Shown piece after piece: positions 32,485-41,463 of a DNA stretch of 64,000 nucleotides. The DNA lies in contig CAVPLM010000003.1 in the NCBI GenBank assembly GCA_963706025.1, positions 384,001 to 448,000 on the forward strand. The letters run 5' to 3'. A model generated the notes under the pieces. It was not told the DNA's origin and made no database searches. It saw only the letters and a program-made list of their open reading frames with translations. Both the position numbers and the translations under genes were made by a program. The DNA is from an uncultured Actinomycetes bacterium (GTDB lineage: Bacteria > Actinomycetota > Thermoleophilia > RBG-16-64-13). Within the stretch, counting starts at the first letter, position 1. Each line of letters starts with the position of its first letter.

Positions 32485-33665
32485 GTGATCCTATCGGTCC
32501 TATCGAGAGTGGGCTCGCCGCCGGTCCAGCAGACGGGTCGGCAGAGACCATCGGGAGCGCCGACGTTAGAGTCAGGACCATGGCCCGCAGCAGCTGGAAA
32601 AGGGGCTCGGGTCAGGTCACTCGGGCCATCATCGCCATAGTCGTAGCTCTCATCGTCGGGGGGATCATCCTTCTGCTCTTGGGGCGCAACCCGCTCGCCT
32701 TCTACGCCGACATCTTCAGGGCCGGTGTTCTGAACGGCGGCTGGCAGGATTCGATCACCCGCATGTCCGTCCTTCTGCTGATGGGCATGGGCTACGTCGT
32801 CGCTTTCCGGGGAGGCATCTGGAACATCGGCGGTGACGGCCAGTTCCTGCTGTCCGCAGCTCTCATCGCTGGGGCAGGGCCCGCCTTGTTCGCGGTCATG
32901 CCGCAGGGCTGGGCGCTCATCATCCTGGGCCTGATCGGCATCGTGGTCGGGGGCTCTTGGACTATCGTGCCCTCCTACCTGCGGGCCTCGTACGGGCTGA
33001 ATGAGATCATCACCTCGGTGATGATGTCCTTTCTCGGGATCTATCTCGCGAACATCTTGATCAAGGGGCCGTTCCGCAGTGAGGAGACCACGGTCCCGCA
33101 GACCGACGTTATGCCTTTCGATAAGCTGCTTCCGAAGATCCCGGGGACGACGATCCCCGTCGGTATCTTCGTCGCTCTGGCAGCCGTTGTCGGCCTGCAT
33201 TACGTGATGACCCGCACCTCGATCGGTCTGAGGCTGACAGTGATGGGCGCGAACGCTCGTGCGGCACTACATGCCGGCCTGAAAGTCAGGCGGCTCATCA
33301 TGGCGGCGTTCTTCGCGTCGGGTGCGTTCATCGGGCTCGGGGCCGCTATGGAGATCCTCGGGGTCTGGGGGTATATGCGCGCCGACTGGAATCCCAAGTA
33401 CGGGCTGACGCTTTTCGCGTTGGTGTTCCTCGCCCGTTTGAACGCCTTGGCAGTCATCCCCCTAACAGGCCTGTTCGCGGTTCTGACCATCGGTGGTCAC
33501 ACGGCCTCCAGGAACGCCGACCTGCCCAATGACTTCATGCTTCTGCTCGTCGGCCTCATCCTGCTGTTCATGACCCTTTCCGAGCTCATCAGCATCGGCA
33601 AGGCCAGACGCCGCGTCCTTGGTCAGCGGATCGTGCAGGCGCTTAGGTTGGGGAGGGAGCCATGA
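32481..33665 (+). CDS. ABC transporter permease 1 (nucleoside type)
   Basis: WNIGGDGQF, NEIITSVM and GANARAA motifs; polytopic membrane protein. Confidence 0.9.
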   Translation: MSDPIGPIESGLAAGPADGSAETIGSADVRVRTMARSSWKRGSGQVTRAIIAIVVALIVGGIILLLLGRNPLAFYADIFRAGVLNGGWQDSITRMSVLLLMGMGYVVAFRGGIWNIGGDGQFLLSAALIAGAGPALFAVMPQGWALIILGLIGIVVGGSWTIVPSYLRASYGLNEIITSVMMSFLGIYLANILIKGPFRSEETTVPQTDVMPFDKLLPKIPGTTIPVGIFVALAAVVGLHYVMTRTSIGLRLTVMGANARAALHAGLKVRRLIMAAFFASGAFIGLGAAMEILGVWGYMRADWNPKYGLTLFALVFLARLNALAVIPLTGLFAVLTIGGHTASRNADLPNDFMLLLVGLILLFMTLSELISIGKARRRVLGQRIVQALRLGREP

Positions 33666-34588
33666 CCGTCGCTTTTTGGACGTCGCTTCTAAGCGGGATG
33701 GTCCTTGCCGGGATGCCGCTGCTTTTCACCAGCCTGGGCGAGACGATCTCGGAGCAATCCGGCATTCTCAATATCGGTCTCGAAGGCATGATGCTCGTAG
33801 GGGCGTACGCGGGATTTGTGGCCGCCTTGTACTCGCACTCTCCCTGGGTGGGTGTGATTGCAGGTATCGCAGCCGGAATGGTCATGTCGTCTATCATGGC
33901 CGTCTTCTGTGTGCGTTTGGGCTTGGATCAGATCGTGGTCGGTATCGCCATCTTACTTCTCGGCGAAGGTTTGACCAGCCTCCTTCATGGGGCCCAATTC
34001 GGTACTTCCTACCCTCGCCTTGAGGGGATGATGAGAATCGAGATCCCTCTTCTGTCGAAGATCCCGGTCATCGGCCCGAGCATCTTCAGCCAGCCCCTGA
34101 TCTTCTGGGTGGGAATCGCCCTGGTGATCGTCGTGCGCTGGGTGCTCAGGTCCACCAACTGGGGACTTAATATCCGCGCCGCGGGGGAAAAGCCCGGTGC
34201 GTTGGACGCTGCCGGGGTCAACGTCACCTGGACCCGGACGGCGGCCGTTCTTGCGACCGGTGGTTTCGCGGGCATCGGCGGTGCCTACATGGCCATCGTT
34301 GCGTCGGGGATCTTCGTGCCCTTCATGACCAACGGCCTTGGGTTCATCGCCATCGTGATCACCATGCTCGCGCGGGGCCGCGCCTTGTGGGCACTGGTTG
34401 GCTCGTTCCTGTTCGGCATCTGTCTGCAGATCGGGACCTCGCTGCAGGTGGCGGGGATCAATATCCCCACCGACGTCATCTTCATGCTGCCGTTCTTGGT
34501 GGTCATGATCGTCCTCATCATCTCCGCCCGCCAGGCTTATCTGCCGGCGGCTCTTTGTGTCCCCTACAAGCGCGGGCAACGAGGATGA
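33662..34588 (+). CDS. ABC transporter permease 2 (nucleoside type)
   Basis: LGETISEQSGILNIGLEGMML, IRAAGEKP, GFIAI, PAALCVPY. Confidence 0.92.
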   Translation: MTVAFWTSLLSGMVLAGMPLLFTSLGETISEQSGILNIGLEGMMLVGAYAGFVAALYSHSPWVGVIAGIAAGMVMSSIMAVFCVRLGLDQIVVGIAILLLGEGLTSLLHGAQFGTSYPRLEGMMRIEIPLLSKIPVIGPSIFSQPLIFWVGIALVIVVRWVLRSTNWGLNIRAAGEKPGALDAAGVNVTWTRTAAVLATGGFAGIGGAYMAIVASGIFVPFMTNGLGFIAIVITMLARGRALWALVGSFLFGICLQIGTSLQVAGINIPTDVIFMLPFLVVMIVLIISARQAYLPAALCVPYKRGQRG

Positions 34589-34645
34589 GTCGCGGCGACC
34601 AGCTGGCGACCATCCCTCCTGGCCGAATGAAAGGAGTTGGTGCAG

Positions 34646-35821
34646 ATGCGCCCCGCTGATTTTACTGTGAGCGCAGGCCCCACCACGGTCTCGGCCGAGG
34701 TCATGGCGGCCATGGGTCAACCCATCATCTACCACTACGACCCCTCATTTCTGGAGACTTTCAAGAGAACCGTCGACAAGGCGGCCGAGGTCTTCGGGAC
34801 CAAAGAAGACGTGATACTGATGCAGGGAGAGGCGGTCGTTGGCCTCGAGGCCGCAGGCAGGGCTTGTGTCCGGCCGGGAATGAAGGTGGTCAACCTCGTT
34901 TCCGGGGTATTCGGCAAAGGCATGAGCGACTGGCTCAACATGTGGGGCGCGGACGTCATCGATATCACCGTGCCTTACAACGACGCCATAGCGCCCGAGG
35001 CCGTCGAGGAGGCTCTCAAGGAGCATCCCGACGTCGAGCTCGTGGCCATGGTGCACTCGGAGACGCCGTCGGGCACTCTCAATCCGGTGGCGGAGATCGG
35101 TCCGATGGTGCGGGCCCATGGGGCGGTCAGTATCGTAGACTGCGTCTCGTCGCTCGCCGGCATGCCGTTCCACCCGGATGAGTGGCAGTTGGACATCTGC
35201 GTCTCGGGGGCCCAGAAGTGCCTTTCCGGACCTCCCGGGATAACCCCGATGACTGTGAGCAAGCAGGCCTGGGCCCTCATCGACAAGAATCCGGCCGCGC
35301 CTCGCTGGTCTTTTGTGGCTCTGCTCGATTGGCGCGAGATCTATCTGAAGGGCGGTCGCTTCCCGTTTACCCCCTCGGTTTCCGACGTATTCGGACTGGA
35401 AGCCTGCCTCGACTGGGTGCTGGAGCAGGGCATCGACAATGCCATTGCCCAGCACACTATCGCCGCGGAGGCCTGCCGGGCGGGAGCGAAAGCCATGGGT
35501 CTCAAGCTGTGGGCCAGGAGCGAGGCCATTATGTCCACCTGCACCACGGCCATCACCGTTCCCGAGGGGTTGACCGACATCCAGGTGCGCAATCATGTGC
35601 GCGAGCGCTACGGGGTACAGATCTCAGCCGGCCAGAACGCCGGCAACCTGATCCGCATCGGCCACATGGGCGTCACCGCGCGGTCGCTGTACCCGGTCGT
35701 GGGGCTTTCCGCCGTCGGTCGCGGTCTCACTGACCTGGGGGCGAAGGTCGACGTGGGGGCTGGTGTCGAAGCTGCTCTCGAGATCATCAGCAGGGCTGCC
35801 GCACGAGGAGGTGCCAGTTGA
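34646..35821 (+). CDS. ppaT: Pyridoxamine-pyruvate aminotransferase (class V)
   Basis: Schiff-base Lys in GAQKCL; GEAVVGLEAA replaces the usual GSGTxAMEAA. YDP.F, SGVFGKG, VPYN.AI.P, NP.APR.S, FPFTPSVS and RIGHMG match, from memory, the M. loti enzyme. Confidence 0.85.
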   Translation: MRPADFTVSAGPTTVSAEVMAAMGQPIIYHYDPSFLETFKRTVDKAAEVFGTKEDVILMQGEAVVGLEAAGRACVRPGMKVVNLVSGVFGKGMSDWLNMWGADVIDITVPYNDAIAPEAVEEALKEHPDVELVAMVHSETPSGTLNPVAEIGPMVRAHGAVSIVDCVSSLAGMPFHPDEWQLDICVSGAQKCLSGPPGITPMTVSKQAWALIDKNPAAPRWSFVALLDWREIYLKGGRFPFTPSVSDVFGLEACLDWVLEQGIDNAIAQHTIAAEACRAGAKAMGLKLWARSEAIMSTCTTAITVPEGLTDIQVRNHVRERYGVQISAGQNAGNLIRIGHMGVTARSLYPVVGLSAVGRGLTDLGAKVDVGAGVEAALEIISRAAARGGAS

Positions 35822-36228
35822 GCCACGTGGAGTTCGACAAGGACAAGTGCACGGACTGTCGCATGTGCATGCAGATCTGTTCGATGAACAAGCTGGGGCG
35901 GGTTACGCCGGCAGCGGCGTGCATCCAGATCGATAGGGAGCGCTCCAAGTACTACGGCGACATGGGCTGCCGGGTCTGCGACATGACCCACGAGCGGGCC
36001 TGCGTGGATGCCTGTCCGGTGGAGGCGCTGATCTACGAGCCGGATCTGGACGTGGTCCGGTTCGACGCCGAGTTGTGCACGGAATGCCTGGCCTGTCTGG
36101 ACGTCTGCCCGAATGTGGCGAGAGATGTGAGGTCCGGCCGGATAATGATCTGCGACCTTTGCGACGGCGACCCCTTGTGTGTCAAGTGGTGCCCCGAAGG
36201 CGCGCTCTCATGGGGGGCAGAGGCATGA
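35818..36228 (+). CDS. 4Fe-4S dicluster protein, small subunit for AOR-1
   Basis: CTDCRMCMQIC, CRVC...CVDACP, CTECLACLDVCP, CDLC...CVKWCP; overlaps the AOR start (ATGA). Confidence 0.9.
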   Translation: MSHVEFDKDKCTDCRMCMQICSMNKLGRVTPAAACIQIDRERSKYYGDMGCRVCDMTHERACVDACPVEALIYEPDLDVVRFDAELCTECLACLDVCPNVARDVRSGRIMICDLCDGDPLCVKWCPEGALSWGAEA

Positions 36229-38030
36229 AATACGGCGGATACATGGGCAAGTTCCTCACCGTCGATCTTTCGACCGGTGCCACCGGCACTTGGGACACCC
36301 CGGACGAAATGGCGGAGAAGTACCTTGGCGGCCGCGGGTTCATCGCCAAGATGCTCTACGATCGGCTGGCGCCGAAGATCGATCCCTTGGGACCCGAGAA
36401 CGTGATCATCTTCGCCACCGGCCCGGCGACGGGGACTCTGGTGCCCACCACAGGGCGGATCGCCATCGGCGTGAAGAGCCCACTCACCAACACCATCTCG
36501 GCAAGCTACCTGGGCGGCCACTTCGCCGGTCAGGTGAAGTACGCGGGCTACGACGGGATCATCATCACGGGGGTCTCGCCGACGCCGGTGACCCTGGTGA
36601 TCGATGACGACAGAGTCAGTCTGCGCGATGCCTCGGGCATCTGGGGCAAAGACACCAAAGAGTCGCAGGACATCCTGCGGGCGGAGTTGGGCGAAGGCTT
36701 CGAGATCGGCGCCATCGGCCCGGCGGGAGAGAATCTGGTGCCCATCGCCACCTTCATGCACGTGCAGAGAGCAGCCGGTCGTGGTGGGTCCGGAGCGGTG
36801 TTCGGCTCCAAGAAACTGAAGGCCGTGGCGGTGCGCGGCACGGGCGGCATCAGCGTGGGGACGCCGGCGAACGAGTTCATCCAGGGTTGCAAGGAGATGC
36901 ACGACATCATCATGGCCAACCCGGTGCGGCCCGCCTTCCGGTATGCCGGCACGACGGGCATGCTCCCGGTAATGAACGAGGTCGTGGGGTTGCCCTACAT
37001 GAACCATCAGGACGACAAGGCTCCGGATGTGAGCTTCATCCACAACGAGGAGATCTACAAGTACGTCAACAAGATCGAATCATGCGCCGGCTGCAATGTG
37101 TTCTGCGGCGCGGTGGTGGAGTTCGAGCGAGGTGGGAAGCGCTATCGCACCGAGCGCTTGGATCACGAGTCGACCTGGGCTCTCGGTCCCAACTGCGGGA
37201 TCGTCGATCTCCCGGCTCTCATGGAAGCCAACATGCTCTGCGACTATCTGGGCCTCGACACCATGAGCGCGGGCGGCGCGATCTCCTGGGCCATGGAGAT
37301 GACGCAGCGGGGTCTGCTCAGCAAAGAGGAGACGGACGGCCTGGACTTCAGTTTTGGCAACGCCGACGTCTTGGCCCCCGCCATCCGGAGCATGGCCGCC
37401 CGGCAGGGATTCGGCGATCTCCTGGCCCGAGGCAGCCGGGAAGCGGCCCGACTCGTCGGCCGGGGTGAGGAATACGCCATGCAGGTGAAGGGGCTGGAGA
37501 TGTCGGCCTATGCGCCCCGGGGCTTCACCGGCATGGGCTTGAGCTTTGCCACCACCAGCCGAGGAGCCGATCACAACAAGGCCTTCACGGTGGCGGCCGA
37601 GTTTCTAGGGGTGCTCGGGAACTACGACCGTTACGCGCTGGAAGGCAAGCCTCATCTGGTCAAGACCATGCAGGACAGCACCTGCATCATCGACTCGCTC
37701 ATCATGTGTATGTTCACCGTGGACCTAGGGATCGGCATCGATCTGTATGCCAAGTGCGCGGCTCTGCCCACGGGAATGAGGTTCACCGAAGAGGACGTCT
37801 ACACGGTGGGTGAGCGCATCAATACGGTCGAGCGCCTGTTCAACATGAACGAGGGGTTCACTCGCGCTGACGACAATCTTCCGCCGCGTTTTGCCAGAGA
37901 AGCGGCGCCGTCCGATCCGGGGCACCACACCTTGGACGTGACGGCCGTTATGGACGAGTACTACGCGGAGCGCGAGTACGACAGCGAGGGTGTGCCCACT
38001 CCGGCTCTGCTGGAGAGATTGGGTATCTAG
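36225..38030 (+). CDS. Aldehyde:ferredoxin oxidoreductase family protein 1 (tungstopterin)
   Basis: GYMGKFLTVDL, YLGGRG, KSPLT, IGPAGENLV, AAGRGGSGAVFGSKKLKA, CAGCNVFC, CDYLGLDTMS, RGADH. Confidence 0.93.
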   Translation: MKYGGYMGKFLTVDLSTGATGTWDTPDEMAEKYLGGRGFIAKMLYDRLAPKIDPLGPENVIIFATGPATGTLVPTTGRIAIGVKSPLTNTISASYLGGHFAGQVKYAGYDGIIITGVSPTPVTLVIDDDRVSLRDASGIWGKDTKESQDILRAELGEGFEIGAIGPAGENLVPIATFMHVQRAAGRGGSGAVFGSKKLKAVAVRGTGGISVGTPANEFIQGCKEMHDIIMANPVRPAFRYAGTTGMLPVMNEVVGLPYMNHQDDKAPDVSFIHNEEIYKYVNKIESCAGCNVFCGAVVEFERGGKRYRTERLDHESTWALGPNCGIVDLPALMEANMLCDYLGLDTMSAGGAISWAMEMTQRGLLSKEETDGLDFSFGNADVLAPAIRSMAARQGFGDLLARGSREAARLVGRGEEYAMQVKGLEMSAYAPRGFTGMGLSFATTSRGADHNKAFTVAAEFLGVLGNYDRYALEGKPHLVKTMQDSTCIIDSLIMCMFTVDLGIGIDLYAKCAALPTGMRFTEEDVYTVGERINTVERLFNMNEGFTRADDNLPPRFAREAAPSDPGHHTLDVTAVMDEYYAEREYDSEGVPTPALLERLGI

Positions 38031-38073
38031 CCGGTTTTCGGATGCTTCTGGCCGAGGAAGAGGAGGAACGGCT

Positions 38074-38313
38074 ATGCGGGTGGAGGTAGCCTTGTTTGGT
38101 CAATACTCGCGGCTGCTCCCTCCGGAGAGCAAGAACGGGCGTGCGGCTCTCGAGGTGGATCAGGCGGCCACGGTCGGCCGAGTGCTGGACCGGCTCCAGA
38201 TACCTCCCGAGGGTCGGACCTACGTGACGGTGAACGACAAGCATGTCGGTCAAGAGACCGTCTTGTCGGAGGGCGACGAGATCCGGGTGATAGTCCCGCT
38301 CGGCGGCGGTTGA
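38074..38313 (+). CDS. MoaD/ThiS-family sulfur carrier
   Basis: 79 aa; LSEGDEIRVIVPLGGG di-Gly C-terminus; GGAGG RBS; follows an AOR gene. Confidence 0.9.
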   Translation: MRVEVALFGQYSRLLPPESKNGRAALEVDQAATVGRVLDRLQIPPEGRTYVTVNDKHVGQETVLSEGDEIRVIVPLGGG

Positions 38314-38362
38314 TGGCCTGCCGGCGGGCGATGGCGAGCGAGGGCCCTGGGGAGCAGTGTGA

Positions 38363-39154
38363 ATGATCAGACAGGCGCGCAACAAAGGTATTCCGCTGTA
38401 CTACCAGGTGATGCGGAGCCTGAAGGAGGACATCCTTTCGGGACGCTGCGCCCCCGAGAAGCAGCTTCCTTCAGAGGCTGAGCTCACGAAGATCTTCAAC
38501 GTGAGCCGTGTGGTGGTGCGGCAGGCGCTCGAGATGCTGGAAGATGAGGGTCTGATCGTGCGAGTCCGGGGCAAGGGGACCTTCGTATCCAAAGACGCGG
38601 CGGCGGATGAAGCCCCCGTGCTCTCCGGCTATATCGAGGATTTCCTGCGCGTAGGCTGGGCCCTTGAGGTGAAGGTACTGGAGTTCGGGCTCGTCAAGGC
38701 CAGTCCCGATCTGGCTTCGGTCTTCAAAGTGGCGGAGGCCAGCGATCTCTTCCACGTGAAACGGCTCCGCCTGGTCGAGAGCCGGCCGTTCTCGGTCGTC
38801 GAGAACTACCTACCCTACGAGTTGGGAAGGCATATTCCCATGGCGCTTCTGGAAGACGAGCCGCTCATGACCCTGATCGAGAAGCATGTGGGGGTCTCCA
38901 TCGAATGGGCGTCCCAGGTCTTTCAGGCGGTCTCGGCCGACGCCGATCTGGCCGCTCTTCTGGATGTCGACGTCATGGCTCCCATCTTGAAGATGACGCT
39001 CACCGCATACACCGCGGAGAGCGAAGCGGTGAATTTCGCCAACGTCTACTACCGGTCCGATCGTTACAACCATCACGGCTACCTGCGCCGGCGGCGAACA
39101 AGCGACCATCTGACGTGGACCGCGGTCGAACGCATCCACGCGATGGGGGCTTGA
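38363..39154 (+). CDS. GntR-family regulator (HutC/UTRA subfamily)
   Basis: PLYYQV, LPSEAEL, VSRVVVRQAL, RGKGTFV; UTRA-type C-terminal domain ending YYRSDRY. Confidence 0.93.
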   Translation: MIRQARNKGIPLYYQVMRSLKEDILSGRCAPEKQLPSEAELTKIFNVSRVVVRQALEMLEDEGLIVRVRGKGTFVSKDAAADEAPVLSGYIEDFLRVGWALEVKVLEFGLVKASPDLASVFKVAEASDLFHVKRLRLVESRPFSVVENYLPYELGRHIPMALLEDEPLMTLIEKHVGVSIEWASQVFQAVSADADLAALLDVDVMAPILKMTLTAYTAESEAVNFANVYYRSDRYNHHGYLRRRRTSDHLTWTAVERIHAMGA

Positions 39155-39182
39155 GTCCAGACGATCTCAAAAGGAGGATGGC

Positions 39183-40220
39183 ATGCGGGCTTTACGTCTC
39201 ATGGCGGCGGGGGATCTCAGGGTGGACGACGTACCCGATCCCCAGATCAAGAACGGCAAGAACGCCGTCCTCGCGGTCACCAAGACCGCCATATGCGGAG
39301 CCGATCTCCTGCCCTATTGGGGCTATGTGCCGGGTTTCGAATGGGGCACCACAATGGGGCACGAGTTCGTCGGCGTGGTTAAGGAGGTGGGCGCGGCGGT
39401 CGCTCAGGTCAAGCCCGGTGACCGGGTCGTGTGCTCCTCGATGACCTCGTGCGGTGTGTGCTGGGCCTGCCGCCGTGGGATGCAGCCACAGTGCGAGAAC
39501 CGGGCTCTTTTCGGCTTTTCCGGGGCGTACCCGCGGTTGGACGGAGGCCAGGCCGAGCAGGTGCTGGTCCCCAACGCCGACCGCGACCTGTGGCTACTCC
39601 CGCCTGAAGTGTCCGATGATGCCGGGGTGTTCGTGGCCGACATTCTCTCCACCGCCTTTCGTGGGGTCGAGCAGGCCGACGTCAAGATGGGCGATACGGT
39701 AGCGGTGGTCGGATGCGGTCCTGTCGGTCTCATGGCCATCCTGAGCGCACGGCTCATCGCGGGAATGGTCATCGCCGTGGACACGGTCCCAGCGCGGCTC
39801 GAACAGGCTCAGGCCATGGGGGCGGTGACCATCGATGCCTCCACTCAGGATGCCGTGGCCGCTGTGATGGACCTCACCGGCGGACGCGGTGCCAAGGCGG
39901 TCATCGAGTGCGCAGGCGGAGTCCCTGCACTCACGTCCGCCATGCAGATGGTGCGGGTGCGGGGCACCGTGAGCGTTATCGGCGCTCACTTCGAGCCCGA
40001 TTTCCCCTTGGACGCGGGAGGCATGTTCGCCAAGGAAACCACCTTGAGGTTCTCGATCGGAGCTCCAACCGACGATCGCGAGACAGTGCTCGACCTGCTC
40101 CGGCTGGGCAGGATCGATCCCACGCCCACGATCTCCCATCACATGAGTCTGGAAGATGCGCCCGAGGCCTACAAGCTTTTCGAGGCTCGGGAGGCCACCA
40201 AAGTGGTGTTGACGCCCTAG
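39183..40220 (+). CDS. Zn-dependent medium-chain alcohol dehydrogenase
   Basis: CGAD, GHEFVG, structural Zn site CGVCWAC...C, DILST, GCGPVG. Confidence 0.93.
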   Translation: MRALRLMAAGDLRVDDVPDPQIKNGKNAVLAVTKTAICGADLLPYWGYVPGFEWGTTMGHEFVGVVKEVGAAVAQVKPGDRVVCSSMTSCGVCWACRRGMQPQCENRALFGFSGAYPRLDGGQAEQVLVPNADRDLWLLPPEVSDDAGVFVADILSTAFRGVEQADVKMGDTVAVVGCGPVGLMAILSARLIAGMVIAVDTVPARLEQAQAMGAVTIDASTQDAVAAVMDLTGGRGAKAVIECAGGVPALTSAMQMVRVRGTVSVIGAHFEPDFPLDAGGMFAKETTLRFSIGAPTDDRETVLDLLRLGRIDPTPTISHHMSLEDAPEAYKLFEAREATKVVLTP

Positions 40221-40273
40221 CCGGTCTCGGGGGCGTCCTCAAAGCGAGGCGAGACTCGAATGATTACGTATAA

Positions 40274-40293
40274 ATGTATTAGAATGATGACAA
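40274..40293 (+). promoter_or_regulatory. Candidate operator, copy 2, overlapping a -10 box (TAGAAT) upstream of the Fe-ADH operon
   Basis: ATGTATTAGAATGATGACAA in an AT-rich island, 14/20 identical to the site at 28680-28699. Confidence 0.5.
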
Positions 40294-40312
40294 GTTAGGA
40301 GGGCAGTACATC

Positions 40313-41461
40313 ATGGCGAACGCGCAGTTCTTTTTCTTGGGTACGAGGCTGGTTCACGGTCTTGGTGCGGTCGCGGGCCTCGCGGGGCACGTGAAGGCCC
40401 TGGGCGGTACCAAGGTCTTCTTGTGCACGGACAAGGGTCTCAGCAGCGCGGGGGTGACCGAGAAGGTCGCCGGCGTCTTGGCGGCGGATGAGATCCCGTT
40501 CGTGACTTTCGACGACGTGCCGGAGGATCCCGGGGTCGCGGTGGTGGATGCGGGGGTTAAGCTTTTCCAAGAGGAGAAATGTGACCTGGTCGTGGCTCTC
40601 GGCGGCGGTAGCCCGATGTGCGCGGGCAAAGGCATCGCCCTGGTGGCCATGAACGGAGGCAAGCTGACCGACTACGAAGGATTCAACAAGGCAGCCAAGG
40701 CTCCGTATCCCGTGATAGCGATCCCCACGACCGCCGGGTCGGGCACCGAGGTGTCGAAGGTCAACATCCTCACCGATGAGGCCCGCAACTTCAAGATGTC
40801 CTTCCTGGACGAACGGACCTTCCCGAAGATCGCTCTTCTGGACGGGGAATTGATGGCGTCGCTTCCGGCAAGACCGGCGATCGTGGCCGGCATGGACGCA
40901 CTGGCCCACGCTCTGGATGCCCTGTGGTCCGTCAACTCCACCCAGATATCGGACAGCCTGGGGGTCGCGTCCGCGGCCACCATCTTCGAGACTCTGCCCC
41001 GAGCGGCGTTCACCGGCGACCTGGCAGCCAAGCAGAAGATGCTGGAGGCCAGCTCGATTGCCAACATCGCGCTGGGGACGGCACTCCCCGGCTTGGCTCA
41101 CGTACTGTCGCAGCCCCTGGGCAGGTATCACATGGCTCACGGCCTGGCCACGGGCATCATGCTTCCCTACACCATGGAGTTCAACCTTCCCGTGGCCGCG
41201 GCCAAGATGGCGCCCATCGCCCGGCTGCTCGGCGAGAGCGGGAGCGACCGGGAGCTGGCTGAGGTGTTGCTCGAGCGGCTGTGGGGACTCATGGGCGAGT
41301 TGGACTTCCCCACCTTCCTCGACCCCGAAGTGGTGAAGGAAGAAGACCTGCCCGTCTTGGTAGAACAGTGCACCAAGGTCGTCAACTACCGCCTGAACGT
41401 GAGGTTTGCTTCTCCCGCCGACCTCACCGGCCTGTATCTGTGTGCACTCGGAAAGGAGTGA
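40313..41461 (+). CDS. Iron-containing alcohol dehydrogenase
   Basis: ALGGGS, IPTTAGSGTEVS, GMDALAHA and GLAH...AHG metal ligands. Confidence 0.93.
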   Translation: MANAQFFFLGTRLVHGLGAVAGLAGHVKALGGTKVFLCTDKGLSSAGVTEKVAGVLAADEIPFVTFDDVPEDPGVAVVDAGVKLFQEEKCDLVVALGGGSPMCAGKGIALVAMNGGKLTDYEGFNKAAKAPYPVIAIPTTAGSGTEVSKVNILTDEARNFKMSFLDERTFPKIALLDGELMASLPARPAIVAGMDALAHALDALWSVNSTQISDSLGVASAATIFETLPRAAFTGDLAAKQKMLEASSIANIALGTALPGLAHVLSQPLGRYHMAHGLATGIMLPYTMEFNLPVAAAKMAPIARLLGESGSDRELAEVLLERLWGLMGELDFPTFLDPEVVKEEDLPVLVEQCTKVVNYRLNVRFASPADLTGLYLCALGKE

Positions 41462-41463
41462 CA

